Virus record (IMG/VR): IMGVR_UViG_3300029848_000008
Length of the DNA: 59,375 bases
Direction: 5' to 3' (one strand)
Origin: a virus
In this document: positions 8,676 to 17,880 of the stretch, piece after piece
How positions within the stretch are numbered: position 1 is the stretch's first letter
How the letters are laid out: every line of letters starts with the position of its first letter
Notes under the pieces: model-generated
What the model saw: the letters and a program-made list of their open reading frames with translations, nothing else
What the model was told of the DNA's origin: nothing
Database searches by the model: none
Made by a program: the position numbers and the translations under genes

Positions 8676-9379
8676 TACAGCTTGCCTCCAGCCAGATCAA
8701 TGCTGATGATTCCGCTGCCGGTAAAGGTCAGCTCGTTGATACCGTCTACAATCACGATGTCCTGATCCATGAAGGAGCCCTTGGGAAGCTCGTAGGTCAC
8801 GCCCTGGAAGGTTACGGTCATTCCCGTGGCCGACGCGGTAATGGTGATGTTGGTCGGCATGGTGGAGCCTACCACCCGCACCACCTTGGTGCCGTCCACC
8901 TGAATGTTTTTGTACACCCGGATGATGCCCGTCTTGAAGTTGAACGGGTCCCACAGCCACTGGTCCAGCGCCGCGCCGGTTTCCTTCTTGTAGGGGAATA
9001 CGTCGTAGTCGATGGTAATTTTGGAATACAGCTTATCGCTGTTCCACTGGTTCACCGTAAATCGGCCCTGATAGTAGTAGCCAGGGTCGTCCTCAAGCAC
9101 CGCCTTCAGGCTGCGGCCATGCAGGTAGTTGAGTATTTCGCTGTACAGCTCTTCCCACCGCATAAAGTCGTTGTCCGCAATAAATTCGAAGGATCCCGTC
9201 CGGTTGTTGTACAATGGCCTTCCGGCAATGAATTCCGTCAGGTCCAGCACACCGTCCCCGCCGGGCAGGTCAATGGTGCTGGCCTTTATGGTCGGCGGGT
9301 TGAACACCGGCCGCGTTGTGGGAATCAAATGCCAGTCGTCCCATGTGTTTTTGGTTCCGAAGGTAATAGAGTGGTACAT
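8675..9379 (-). CDS. Distal tail protein (Dit)
   Basis: N-terminus MYHSITFGTKNTWDDWHLIPTTRPVFNPP is typical of siphovirus tail-family proteins. Overlaps the Tal start. Confidence 0.8.
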   Translation of the reverse strand: MYHSITFGTKNTWDDWHLIPTTRPVFNPPTIKASTIDLPGGDGVLDLTEFIAGRPLYNNRTGSFEFIADNDFMRWEELYSEILNYLHGRSLKAVLEDDPGYYYQGRFTVNQWNSDKLYSKITIDYDVFPYKKETGAALDQWLWDPFNFKTGIIRVYKNIQVDGTKVVRVVGSTMPTNITITASATGMTVTFQGVTYELPKGSFMDQDIVIVDGINELTFTGSGIISIDLAGGKL

Positions 9380-9433
9380 TTCATTCCCCCTTTCATAAGA
9401 AATAAGAAAAAGCTCCCGCGGTGAAGCGGGAGC
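9371..9433. repeat. 63-nt junction repeat copy 1 (terminator + Dit RBS + ATGTACCAC)
   Basis: Matches 10416..10478 at 62 of 63 positions. Confidence 0.95.
9412..9433 (-). terminator. Rho-independent terminator immediately upstream of Dit
   Basis: Stem gctcccgc/gcgggagc with a 6-nt loop. On the minus strand it is followed by TTTTTCTTATTTC. Confidence 0.8.
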
Positions 9434-9453
9434 CTGTAGGTTATAGGAAAGAA

Positions 9454-9897
9454 TTACGGAGCATACTCAGCCGTAGGCAGAAGCTCAACCTGCGCCTGCC
9501 CCTGAACAATTTTCAGAAACATTCCTTCTTCCAGTAAAACGCTTAAGGAACGGCCAAAGCAGACGGCGTCGGAGGCCATACGATTAGAGTTTTCATACGC
9601 TGCTTTGTCGGCATATAGCCAATAGGCAAAATCCTCATCGTACTGAGCGTCAATGTCCTTATTGCAGGTGAACAGATACCGTCCGGGGGCGATGTCTTTT
9701 CCAACCAGATATTCTCCTTGATAGATTTCAGAAACGCTGACCGATGTCTTAAGCAGCTCGTCAATTTTGGCATCGACCTTGCTGCGCAGCTCCAGTAAGT
9801 CCGTAAGAGCCATGCTGTCTATGTCAATGCTTTCAGCGATAGCCCCCGGGATCCCTATAGTCGCCAAGACCAATAATACACATAAAAACCGTTTCAT
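9454..9897 (-). CDS. Secreted small protein, paralogue A
   Basis: Signal peptide MKRFLCVLLVLATIGIPGAIA. Shared core IYQGEYLVGKDIAPGRYLFTC. AGGAGG RBS 9 nt upstream. Confidence 0.75.
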   Translation of the reverse strand: MKRFLCVLLVLATIGIPGAIAESIDIDSMALTDLLELRSKVDAKIDELLKTSVSVSEIYQGEYLVGKDIAPGRYLFTCNKDIDAQYDEDFAYWLYADKAAYENSNRMASDAVCFGRSLSVLLEEGMFLKIVQGQAQVELLPTAEYAP

Positions 9898-9924
9898 CCC
9901 CATTAACCTCCTGTAAAGACAGAA

Positions 9925-10329
9925 TTACGGAGCCCAGTCAGCGGAAGCAGTCTTGATATAGCAGGAACCAGCATCGAGAGTGAGAATCATGCCCTCCGTC
10001 AAGTTCACATAAACGCTGGAACCGGTGACAAGATCATAGCTCTCCAGCCGTTCATCGGGATTATCGGCAGCGTATAGCCTTACATGCATAGCTGCCAATA
10101 TGCTCAGAAACTGATAGCAGGTTAGCTTGTACCGTCCAGGTTTGATGTCCGTTCCAACAACATATTTGCCTTCGTAAATCTTGCTGCTGTCGTCATCCAG
10201 AATTTCATCAATCTGCGCCCGCAGCTCTACCAGTTCAGCATCGGTCATAGTGGTCAGGTCAATTTCCGCGGCCAAAGCTGGGGTTACAGCCATAGTCAAC
10301 ACCAGTATGAGAAGAAGCAGACGTTTCAT
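9925..10329 (-). CDS. Secreted small protein, paralogue B
   Basis: Signal peptide MKRLLLLILVLTMAVTPALA. Shared core IYEGKYVVGTDIKPGRYKLTC. Confidence 0.75.
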   Translation of the reverse strand: MKRLLLLILVLTMAVTPALAAEIDLTTMTDAELVELRAQIDEILDDDSSKIYEGKYVVGTDIKPGRYKLTCYQFLSILAAMHVRLYAADNPDERLESYDLVTGSSVYVNLTEGMILTLDAGSCYIKTASADWAP

Positions 10330-10424
10330 GCAGTTTTCCTCCTAATTAAGTTCCCTTTGATTATACCATTTTGATTGTTTCCGTCAATGGTCAGTTTCCC
10401 CGTTCCCGCATTGCGGTGGTACAT
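10326..10424 (-). other. Chimeric 32-codon remnant ORF (Dit start fused to a tape-measure 3'-end-like sequence)
   Basis: ATGTACCAC (= Dit start) is followed by CGCAATGCGGGAACGGGGAAACTGA (compare the TMP end GCCGCGATGCGGGAACGGGGAAATTGA). It ends in an ATGA overlap with the paralogue B start. Confidence 0.6.
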
Positions 10425-10478
10425 TTCATTCCCCCTTTCATAAGAGATAAGAAAAAGCTCCCGCGGTGAAGCGGGAGC
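10416..10478. repeat. 63-nt junction repeat copy 2
   Basis: Matches 9371..9433 at 62 of 63 positions. Confidence 0.95.
10457..10478 (-). terminator. Rho-independent terminator (duplicate of 9412..9433)
   Basis: Same stem-loop and T-run. Confidence 0.8.
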
Positions 10479-10495
10479 TTATAAGTGAAAAGAAC

Positions 10496-10927
10496 TTATA
10501 GTGCCCAGTTGGGTGAAACGTTTTTAATAACTGCCGTTCCGTGGGAAATTTCCACGGCGACTCCTTCCGGAAGATTCAAGTATAATTCTTCACCGAGGCT
10601 AATATCGTACCTTTCGAAATCACCGGATGTTTCGTTTCCGGTGTATACCAGCATGGTCATGTACCGGTAGTCTTCAATTAACGAATTACAGGTAAACGTA
10701 TACTTACCGCTTGCAATATCTTTCCCGGTTACATATACACCGCTGTAAATTGTGTTACCTTCGTCCAGCAACTCATCAAGCTGCTGACGCTGCTCGTTTA
10801 ATAGTTCATCAATTTGCTGACGCAAAGAAATCAGCTCTTCAGTGCTCATACCACTCAGGTCGATTTCTGCCACAGACGGAGTTGCAGCCAAAAGAAGAAT
10901 TGTTACAAGTACCAAGAAACGTTTCAT
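10496..10927 (-). CDS. Secreted small protein, paralogue C
   Basis: Signal peptide MKRFLVLVTILLLAATPSVA. Shared core IYSGVYVTGKDIASGKYTFTC. The 28-nt leader and start are identical to paralogue A. Confidence 0.75.
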   Translation of the reverse strand: MKRFLVLVTILLLAATPSVAEIDLSGMSTEELISLRQQIDELLNEQRQQLDELLDEGNTIYSGVYVTGKDIASGKYTFTCNSLIEDYRYMTMLVYTGNETSGDFERYDISLGEELYLNLPEGVAVEISHGTAVIKNVSPNWAL

Positions 10928-10968
10928 CCCCATTAACCTCCTGTAAAGTTCCATTTTGATTCGTTTTG

Positions 10969-13900
10969 TCAATTTCCCCGTTCCCGCATCGCGGCGGTAA
11001 AGCCCAGCTGCTGGTCCATCTGGGCGCGGGTTTCGCCTACCAGCGTCCCGCTGTCCAGCACGATCTGCATGTGACTGACGGCCTCGCTCAGGTTGTTGAA
11101 CCGGCTTTCCAGCCGGGTAATGGCGTCTACCACGTTCTGGTTATCCGTTCCCCGGGACATGCGTCCGTCGTCCAGCCGCAGCTCGCCTACATTCTGCAGG
11201 GCGATGGAGCCGCCGAAGCTGCTCATGCTCGGGTTCATGGCAAACAAGCTGTTCAGGGCGGCTGCTCCGCTGGCAGCGCTGCTCAGGTCCACCACGGGCC
11301 GGATGGTCGGCGTGGTGTCGATGCTGCCGTCCAGCATGGCGCTGATTTTTCCAATGGCGTTGTTCAGGCCCGCCGCAGCGCCTTCTGCCATTCCGTCGGC
11401 GGCGTGTACCGCGCCGGAGGCATAGGCGGAAATGCCGTTGGCAAAGCCCTCGCTGAAGTATTGGCCAATCCCATACGTTACCCGGGAAGGAGAATGCTCG
11501 TCCAGCGCTCGCATGGCGGCGTTGGCGGCAAGCTGCGCCATATTGGAGGCCTGACGTTCCGCGTACCATGTGTACTCGGCAATGGCGTTGGCAAAGCCCA
11601 TCACTGCATTAAAGCCAGCCGTGTGGAAGCTCTGGTATTTGCCGCTCATAGCGTTGGCCGCTGTCACAGCCAGATTCCCAGCAATGATCTGCAGCCGAAC
11701 CTGCTGGTTGTTCATCCCCGTTGTCAGCGCGTCCATCAGCAGAATTCCGGCATTCCCGAAAGCCTGCTGGTGTTCTTCCGCGGTCAGCGCGGCGGTCATT
11801 CCGTCCAGAATACCGCTCAGCCGGGTCTGTACCGCTTTGCCGTCGCCGATCTCTTCGCCTACGCTGCTGAAGGATGTCAATGTGTCAATCAGCGCCTGCA
11901 GGTTGGTCTGCGCCGTTTCCGCCTCGTTGATCCCGGCTGCGAATTTGCCGAAGTTGTCGCCTACGGTGGCCATGTTGCCGGTCAGGGTCAGAAGCCCCTC
12001 CGTCTTGCTGCCGTTAAAGAATTCTCCAATGGAGTTCCACAATCCTCCTGTAGTGTTCAATCCGTCAGTAAATTTTTGTAACACGTCAAGTACGCCAATA
12101 GCGGATTCCGATTTCGTCGCGTCTACCGTTCCCGCGCCTTCTGCAAAAGCGGCCAGTGCGCCGCCAAGGGCTGAAATATCATCGCTGAATTCGCCAAGGT
12201 CCTTTGCTCCAGCCAGACCTTGCCATAATCCACCAGTATCCGGAATAGCCTGAGCCAGTTCAACCAATCCCTTGGCAGCAGCCGTCGAGTTTGTAACATC
12301 CGCTTTATTAACGGTAGTTGCGAAATCCTTCAGGTTGCTGGCATAGTCTTTTAGATTTTGAGCAAGGATTGGGAAACTCTCGCTAAAATCGCCAAGATCT
12401 TTTACCCCGACAAGTCCTTGCCATAATCCACCAGTATCCGGAATAGCCTGAGCTAATTCAGCCAGTCCCTTTGCAGCATTCGTAGAATTCGTAATGTCTG
12501 AATCTTTAATAGTCGAGGAAAAATTTGAAAGATGCTCAGCATAACTTTTCAGATTCTCAGCAAACGTTGGTAAGTCTTCGCTGAAAGTCCCCAGATCCTT
12601 CGTCCCGGCTAGTGCCTGCCATAAACCGCCGGTTCCGGAAAGCGAGTTGGTCAACTCAGCCAGTCCTGTGGCCGCCGCAATGGAATTCTCAACATCCGTC
12701 TGGCTGACCGCTGTGAATCCCTGAATCTTTTCAGCGTAGGAATTCAATCCTTCTGCCATGGCAGTAAGGTCATCTTTATACTTAGATATGGGGTCGCCGC
12801 CTGTGAACCAGCTCGTAAGCGCGGTTACCAGTTCGCCTTTGCAAATTTCCAGCAGCGCGCCCGTCAGGTTGGCTGCTCCGGTCTTGGCCGTTTCGTCAAT
12901 GCCGGACAATCCCTCAATAGCAGGCTGCACCGTGTCGATAAAGCCCTTGACGTCGTTCCCGATGGTGGTTAATACGCCGCCGTCGTCCAGCCCCAGCAGA
13001 CCGCTGATGAATTTTCCAATGCCTTCGCCGATCAGTCCCAGCACGTCTCCGCCGGAAACCAGAAAATCGTTCAAATCGGGCCATGCCTTTTGCAGTGCGC
13101 CTAACGCAACCATAATCGCGCCGAGACCTGCAATCACAATCGCCAGGTTCGCTACACCGATTCCGGCCTGCGCGGGGCTCAGTTTTCCAAGGATGCTCAT
13201 GGCTCCCGCCAGCGAGAGCAGAATGGCGGAAATGGATCCGGCAAAGCCGATCATGGACCGGGTATCCACTCCGCTGATGGATTCAAATACATCGGCAAAT
13301 AAATACAGGCTTCCCACCAGTGCGCCAAGCAGAATAATGCTTTTAACGTCCACTCGCATGCTGCCCAGCACTTTCATGCAGATAGTCAGGGCAGCCATCA
13401 TCGCTCCCAGTGCGACGCTTCCCTGTATCAGCTTGGATTTTTCCATCCCGCCCAGCCTTCCAAGGGTCGCGGCCAGCAGGGCGATGGCAATGGCAAAGGG
13501 CATCATGCCTTGGGCCTTCCCGGATTGCCGTTTGGCAATATTCAGGCATGCCGCCAGAGCAAACATAACCCCCGTCAGTACGCCGACGGCGGGCAGCATG
13601 GTGCTCATATCCATCCCCTCCAGCAGCTTCAGCGTCAGCACCAGAATGGCGGTAGCCGCGGCAAATCCGATAGCTCCCTTCATGTCGCCGGTCTGCTTTC
13701 CGGCAATTCGGAAGGCCAGCCCCAGTGCGGCCACTACTCCTGTCAGAACAATCACTCGTTCCAGCAATCCATTCGGGTTAATCCACTCTAATAGCTTCAG
13801 GGCGGCGGCCATAGCCAGAATACCAATTCCCAGCATCATCATGCTTTTGGCCCCGCCGCCAATATCTCCAATTCTGGTTTTGCTCAGCCCGCTCACGATT

Positions 13901-16900
13901 GCCGGAAGAAGAACCATGATAGCGCCCATTGCGGCAAGCGCTTCCACGGCAGGCCAAAGCTTGTCCGGATCAATCGTTGCTACCAAATATAACGCCCCGG
14001 CCACCATCAGCAGCGCCCCGGCGATCTGCAGTACCGTTTTCCCGATCGGCGTTTTGGATTCATTCAGATGGGCCAGGTCCTCCGCAAAGGCGCCTTTCAG
14101 GATGGTCATGATGTTGCCCAGCAGCTTTACAATCCCTGCCACCGCCAGCCCGGCGGGAATATACCAGTATTTGCCGATCAGGGCCCAGATGTCGATGCTG
14201 GCAAACCAGCTTTGGACCGATTCCAGAATTCCGTTAAGCTTATCCTTCGCTGTGTCCCATGCCCACTCCATGGCCTCCCCGACGGAGTCGAAGGAGGAAA
14301 GCTTCTCCTTGAATTTGCTGATAAAATCGCTGATGGGCTGGAAGGCCTTTCCCAGCCAGCCGCCCACGGTGCTGAATACCGTCTTGATCTTGGCCCAGAC
14401 GCTCTGCAGCTTTTCACCCAGCGCCTCAAAGCTGGGCAGCTTCAGATTCATTCCGGTGATGAATTCAATAAACCGGTCCTTCAGCTGCACAAGTCCCGCT
14501 TTGGCCTTCTGGATGAATTCCGACTGCCCGATGGCTTCAAAACCACTGCGGATCGCTTCCCAGCCCTTGGCAAATATCCCGCCGAGGGTTTCAAAGCTGG
14601 GCAGCTTGACGCTGATGCGTGACACAAAGTCCAGAAAGGCCGTCTTCAGCTTGCCAAGCCCAGCCTGTACATTCCGAAGAAATTCAGACCCGACAATGCG
14701 ACTCCACACCTGCTGAATTTTGCCCCATACCTTGGTGAAGATGTTTCCCAATCCCGTAAAGCGGGGCAGCTTGCCGGTTATGCCGGTCACAAATCCCACA
14801 AAGCTGTTCTTCAGCCCAGTCAGGATTTTCTTTACCTTCTGCACAAAGGCGGAATTGATGACCTTGTCATAAACGGTTTTGATCTTGCCCCAGAGCTTTT
14901 CAAAAGTCGCTCCCAGCTTTTCAAAGCTGGGCAGTTGAATTCCAAGCCCAGACAGAAATTCCGTCATCCGGCCCCAGAGGACCGCCGTTCGGTTCCTGAT
15001 CCCATGCAAAAATTCGGAGCTGCCGATGCCGGAAAACCAGTTCAGCAGCCCTTTCCAAACGCTGCTGATTCCGCTCTTCAGACCGTCCAGCAATTTGCCT
15101 CCGCTGCCGGCGGAAAAGCCGTTCATGATGCCATCCCAGAGCCCCGCAAACCATTTGCCGATTCCGGAAAGGTCCGGCAGCCTACTTTTCAGGCTGTTCA
15201 GCCCGGCTGTGATCTGCTGCCACGCCCACTGGATGCCTGCCTTTAAGGACCCCATTTCCCGAACCTTGGCCGTAAAATCGCTGATGAAGTCTGCCAGCGG
15301 CTTCACCCAGCCGCTCAGGCGCTGCACTACACTGCTCAGCACATTGCCAAGCCCGGTAAAGAAATCGGTAAAGGCTTTGCTAGAGGTCAGTGCTTCCGCC
15401 GCTCGGCTGATGCCGCTGCCGATGGTGGCCAGCACATCCAACATGCGCCCACCGCCTGGTGCCAGCACACCGAGAGCTTGTCCAACAGCTTTTCCGATGT
15501 TTTTGAAAATTTCAATCCCGGTCTTTACCACCGAAAAAACGCCGCCAAATACCTCCCGAATTTTCCCGGCAGTTTCCTCGCTGACCTTGAACCGCTCCGT
15601 CAGTTCCCGCACCTTTACGGTAATTTCTTTCAATCGCTCACCTGTCAGTGGCGGAAAAATATCGCTGAAGGCTTCCTTTACCGAGTGCACAATGTCCATC
15701 AAGCTGTGGAAAGTGTTCTTTATTGCCTCGATCAAGTTCTCCCGGCCCGATAGCTCCCCGAAGGCCTTAGCATATTCCGCCACATCAATGGTGCCGTCCT
15801 TCAGCTTCTGCTGCAGCTCCCTGGCATGGTCGATCTGGGCCTGGGTAATGCCCATCTCTTCCTTTTCTTCCTTGGAAAGGCCGTCATATTTGCTTACCAG
15901 CTTGTCAACCGATGCGGCCAGCAAGTCGTTGGTAATCCATCCATTTTGAAAAGTCTTCTCCAGCGAACCGGCCTGCTCCACCATTTCGTCGATGGAAATG
16001 CCCTGCTCCCGGGCTGTTTCCATCATGGCGGTTTTGTACATCTCACCGTCGTCGATGCCTTCCTTCAGCCACTTTTTCCAGCCGGAGGCCATGCCCTCGT
16101 ACAGCACGCTGTTCCGCGCCTGGGATGAAGTCTCGATCAGGGCGCTCAGCTCGTTGCCCACATCGGTAAACAGCGCCTTCGCCTCGTTGAAGTCGCCGAT
16201 CAGAAGCTCCCATGTCTGGGCCCAGCCGGAGCCCAGCGCTTCCTTCAGCGTGTCTATCAGCATGCTGAAGGTCTTGATGTCCTGCGCAGCGGCATAGGCC
16301 TTTTTGCCAATGTCCGTGGTTTCGTCGGCATACTTGGCCAGCGTGCTGGTCAGTACGTCCGTGGTCATCCACTGGTACGCCAGCGAATCATTGAAGTTGC
16401 TCGTTGCATCAAAGGCCTGATAGGTCTTTCCCGCCGCGTTTGTCGTCACCGTGGCGTACTGGTCGCCATACTTCACGATGGTGCCCAGCTCAATGGCCGT
16501 GTCCAGCAGCTGCTGCTTGAATTCCTGGGTGGCCATGTTGGCATTTTCAATGCTTTTCCAGTCGATCAGCTTGACGTACCCTGCAGACAGAGCCTGACTG
16601 AAATTATACATTGCCCTGCTAGCTTCTTCAGCCGTAGCACCGGAAACTGCAGCCACGTTACTAACACCCTTGATGGCCAGCACAGCCTTGTCCAGCTTGA
16701 CGCCTGCATTGGTGAATTTGCCAATGTTATTCGTCATGTTGGAGAAGGAATAGATCGTCTGGTCAGAGTATTTGTTCAGCTCCTCCAGATACCTGTTCAC
16801 CGTTTCCAGGCTTTCGCCCGTGCCTGCCATAATGGTCTGCACTGAGCCCATCTTCAGTTCATACTCGGCAAAGCCGTCTTTGGAGGACTGAAAAGCCAGT

Positions 16901-17199
16901 GCATTCACCATTTTCCGCCCGGTGTCGATGGCCGCATCCGTCAGCCGCTGAAAAACCCGCGCCGCGGCTACATCCAGCGCCGAAAATTTAAGAGACACGG
17001 TTTCTATGGCACTGCTCAAGCCGTTCAGCTTCACTTTCCGGGAAGCCTGCTCAACCTCTTCCAGCCCCTTGGCGGCATCGTCCAGCTTCAGGGCTTTCTT
17101 AAGCTTTTCAAGCGTGCCCAGGCTGGTCTGCACATTGTCCTCAAATTTTTGATTGTCAAAGCGCATCTCTACTACGCGCTCGTCGATTGTCCTGCTCAC
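10969..17199 (-). CDS. Tail tape measure protein (2076 aa)
   Basis: N-terminal TP901-type core (...AMYNFSQALSAGYVKLIDWKSIENANMATQEF...). About 12 hydrophobic helices in the centre. Two internal repeat families. Confidence 0.9.
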   Translation of the reverse strand: MSRTIDERVVEMRFDNQKFEDNVQTSLGTLEKLKKALKLDDAAKGLEEVEQASRKVKLNGLSSAIETVSLKFSALDVAAARVFQRLTDAAIDTGRKMVNALAFQSSKDGFAEYELKMGSVQTIMAGTGESLETVNRYLEELNKYSDQTIYSFSNMTNNIGKFTNAGVKLDKAVLAIKGVSNVAAVSGATAEEASRAMYNFSQALSAGYVKLIDWKSIENANMATQEFKQQLLDTAIELGTIVKYGDQYATVTTNAAGKTYQAFDATSNFNDSLAYQWMTTDVLTSTLAKYADETTDIGKKAYAAAQDIKTFSMLIDTLKEALGSGWAQTWELLIGDFNEAKALFTDVGNELSALIETSSQARNSVLYEGMASGWKKWLKEGIDDGEMYKTAMMETAREQGISIDEMVEQAGSLEKTFQNGWITNDLLAASVDKLVSKYDGLSKEEKEEMGITQAQIDHARELQQKLKDGTIDVAEYAKAFGELSGRENLIEAIKNTFHSLMDIVHSVKEAFSDIFPPLTGERLKEITVKVRELTERFKVSEETAGKIREVFGGVFSVVKTGIEIFKNIGKAVGQALGVLAPGGGRMLDVLATIGSGISRAAEALTSSKAFTDFFTGLGNVLSSVVQRLSGWVKPLADFISDFTAKVREMGSLKAGIQWAWQQITAGLNSLKSRLPDLSGIGKWFAGLWDGIMNGFSAGSGGKLLDGLKSGISSVWKGLLNWFSGIGSSEFLHGIRNRTAVLWGRMTEFLSGLGIQLPSFEKLGATFEKLWGKIKTVYDKVINSAFVQKVKKILTGLKNSFVGFVTGITGKLPRFTGLGNIFTKVWGKIQQVWSRIVGSEFLRNVQAGLGKLKTAFLDFVSRISVKLPSFETLGGIFAKGWEAIRSGFEAIGQSEFIQKAKAGLVQLKDRFIEFITGMNLKLPSFEALGEKLQSVWAKIKTVFSTVGGWLGKAFQPISDFISKFKEKLSSFDSVGEAMEWAWDTAKDKLNGILESVQSWFASIDIWALIGKYWYIPAGLAVAGIVKLLGNIMTILKGAFAEDLAHLNESKTPIGKTVLQIAGALLMVAGALYLVATIDPDKLWPAVEALAAMGAIMVLLPAIVSGLSKTRIGDIGGGAKSMMMLGIGILAMAAALKLLEWINPNGLLERVIVLTGVVAALGLAFRIAGKQTGDMKGAIGFAAATAILVLTLKLLEGMDMSTMLPAVGVLTGVMFALAACLNIAKRQSGKAQGMMPFAIAIALLAATLGRLGGMEKSKLIQGSVALGAMMAALTICMKVLGSMRVDVKSIILLGALVGSLYLFADVFESISGVDTRSMIGFAGSISAILLSLAGAMSILGKLSPAQAGIGVANLAIVIAGLGAIMVALGALQKAWPDLNDFLVSGGDVLGLIGEGIGKFISGLLGLDDGGVLTTIGNDVKGFIDTVQPAIEGLSGIDETAKTGAANLTGALLEICKGELVTALTSWFTGGDPISKYKDDLTAMAEGLNSYAEKIQGFTAVSQTDVENSIAAATGLAELTNSLSGTGGLWQALAGTKDLGTFSEDLPTFAENLKSYAEHLSNFSSTIKDSDITNSTNAAKGLAELAQAIPDTGGLWQGLVGVKDLGDFSESFPILAQNLKDYASNLKDFATTVNKADVTNSTAAAKGLVELAQAIPDTGGLWQGLAGAKDLGEFSDDISALGGALAAFAEGAGTVDATKSESAIGVLDVLQKFTDGLNTTGGLWNSIGEFFNGSKTEGLLTLTGNMATVGDNFGKFAAGINEAETAQTNLQALIDTLTSFSSVGEEIGDGKAVQTRLSGILDGMTAALTAEEHQQAFGNAGILLMDALTTGMNNQQVRLQIIAGNLAVTAANAMSGKYQSFHTAGFNAVMGFANAIAEYTWYAERQASNMAQLAANAAMRALDEHSPSRVTYGIGQYFSEGFANGISAYASGAVHAADGMAEGAAAGLNNAIGKISAMLDGSIDTTPTIRPVVDLSSAASGAAALNSLFAMNPSMSSFGGSIALQNVGELRLDDGRMSRGTDNQNVVDAITRLESRFNNLSEAVSHMQIVLDSGTLVGETRAQMDQQLGFTAAMRERGN
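12030..12700. repeat. ~198-nt (66-aa) tandem repeats inside the tape measure gene (~3.5 copies)
   Basis: ccataatccaccagtatccggaatagcctgagc recurs 198 nt apart (12222 and 12420). Protein unit: GGLWQGL.G.KDLG.FS...AAKGL.ELAQAIPDT. Confidence 0.85.
14260..15010. repeat. ~165-nt (55-aa) tandem repeats inside the tape measure gene (~4.5 copies)
   Basis: LPSFE/LPRFT-encoding caaagctgggcag recurs near 14427, 14591, 14757 and 14921. Confidence 0.85.
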
Positions 17200-17573
17200 A
17201 GGCTGGTCACCTCCTTCCAGGCGTTTTGTGCGATTTTATCAAATACCGGCTGAATGGCAGGATTGATATAATCCCGTCCTTCCACCCAACCGCCGGTTCC
17301 GGTGCCGTGGCCATACTGCAGGATGATGGCAATTGGCACGCCGTCGTTTATGTTGGAGTTGAAAAAGGAGATCGATGTTGATCCCCTTTGATGCTCTATC
17401 CTGTAGTACCACGAATTGGCCGTGGTTCCAGAGTCCGCAGGAGTAGCAGACGCAAGGGCGGCTACTCCCTCCCGGCCAAATCTGTCCAGATCCGACAGCC
17501 GGATCTTTTCCTTTATCCGCTCCAGAAAGCGGTTCAGTTTGGAGAAGTCGCCCTTTTGTCTGAATGTTATCAT
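17196..17573 (-). CDS. HK97-gp10-like head-tail/tail-completion family protein
   Basis: ATPADSGTTANSWYYRIE...VPIAIILQYGHGTGTGGWVEGRDYINPAIQP fits the gp10-family pattern. The position directly before the TMP is atypical. Confidence 0.5.
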   Translation of the reverse strand: MITFRQKGDFSKLNRFLERIKEKIRLSDLDRFGREGVAALASATPADSGTTANSWYYRIEHQRGSTSISFFNSNINDGVPIAIILQYGHGTGTGGWVEGRDYINPAIQPVFDKIAQNAWKEVTSL

Positions 17574-17585
17574 GCCCGCCTCTTT

Positions 17586-17870
17586 CTAGCCGTTGGCACT
17601 TTCGTCGTCCCCGGGCTTTTCCTCTTCAGCAGGCGGCTTCGGTTCCGGAGTCGGTTTGGCTGCGTCAATCAGCGGAGAAAGGACGATGTTCCACACAGCA
17701 CTCAGCCCCGCCGCGATTGTTGACAAAAGCAGACTCAGCCACAACTTATCGCTCCGGTCTGGAGCGAACAAGTCTACACCCTTCATCTGCATCAAAAGAC
17801 AGGTGACCGCGGCCTGCACAAACGTCTTGGCGGACCGCTCCAGCACATCCTTCCAGTCGATGTTTTTCAT
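17586..17870 (-). CDS. Holin (r1t-like family)
   Basis: N-terminus DWKDVLERSAKTFVQAAVTCLL, then two hydrophobic helices and a charged Pro/Glu-rich tail. Confidence 0.55.
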   Translation of the reverse strand: MKNIDWKDVLERSAKTFVQAAVTCLLMQMKGVDLFAPDRSDKLWLSLLLSTIAAGLSAVWNIVLSPLIDAAKPTPEPKPPAEEEKPGDDESANG

Positions 17871-17880
17871 ATTACCCTCC

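Noticed and set aside
12758-14716. 652-aa plus-strand ORF. Similar long plus-strand ORFs occur at 10966..12081, 7287..8765, 45865..47160, 23645..25060, 26066..27208, 31101..32036 and 50464..51438
   Set aside because: All lie antisense to well-supported minus-strand genes in GC-rich DNA. Their products are low-complexity and P/S/A/R-rich. They lack SD sequences. They are typical shadow ORFs.
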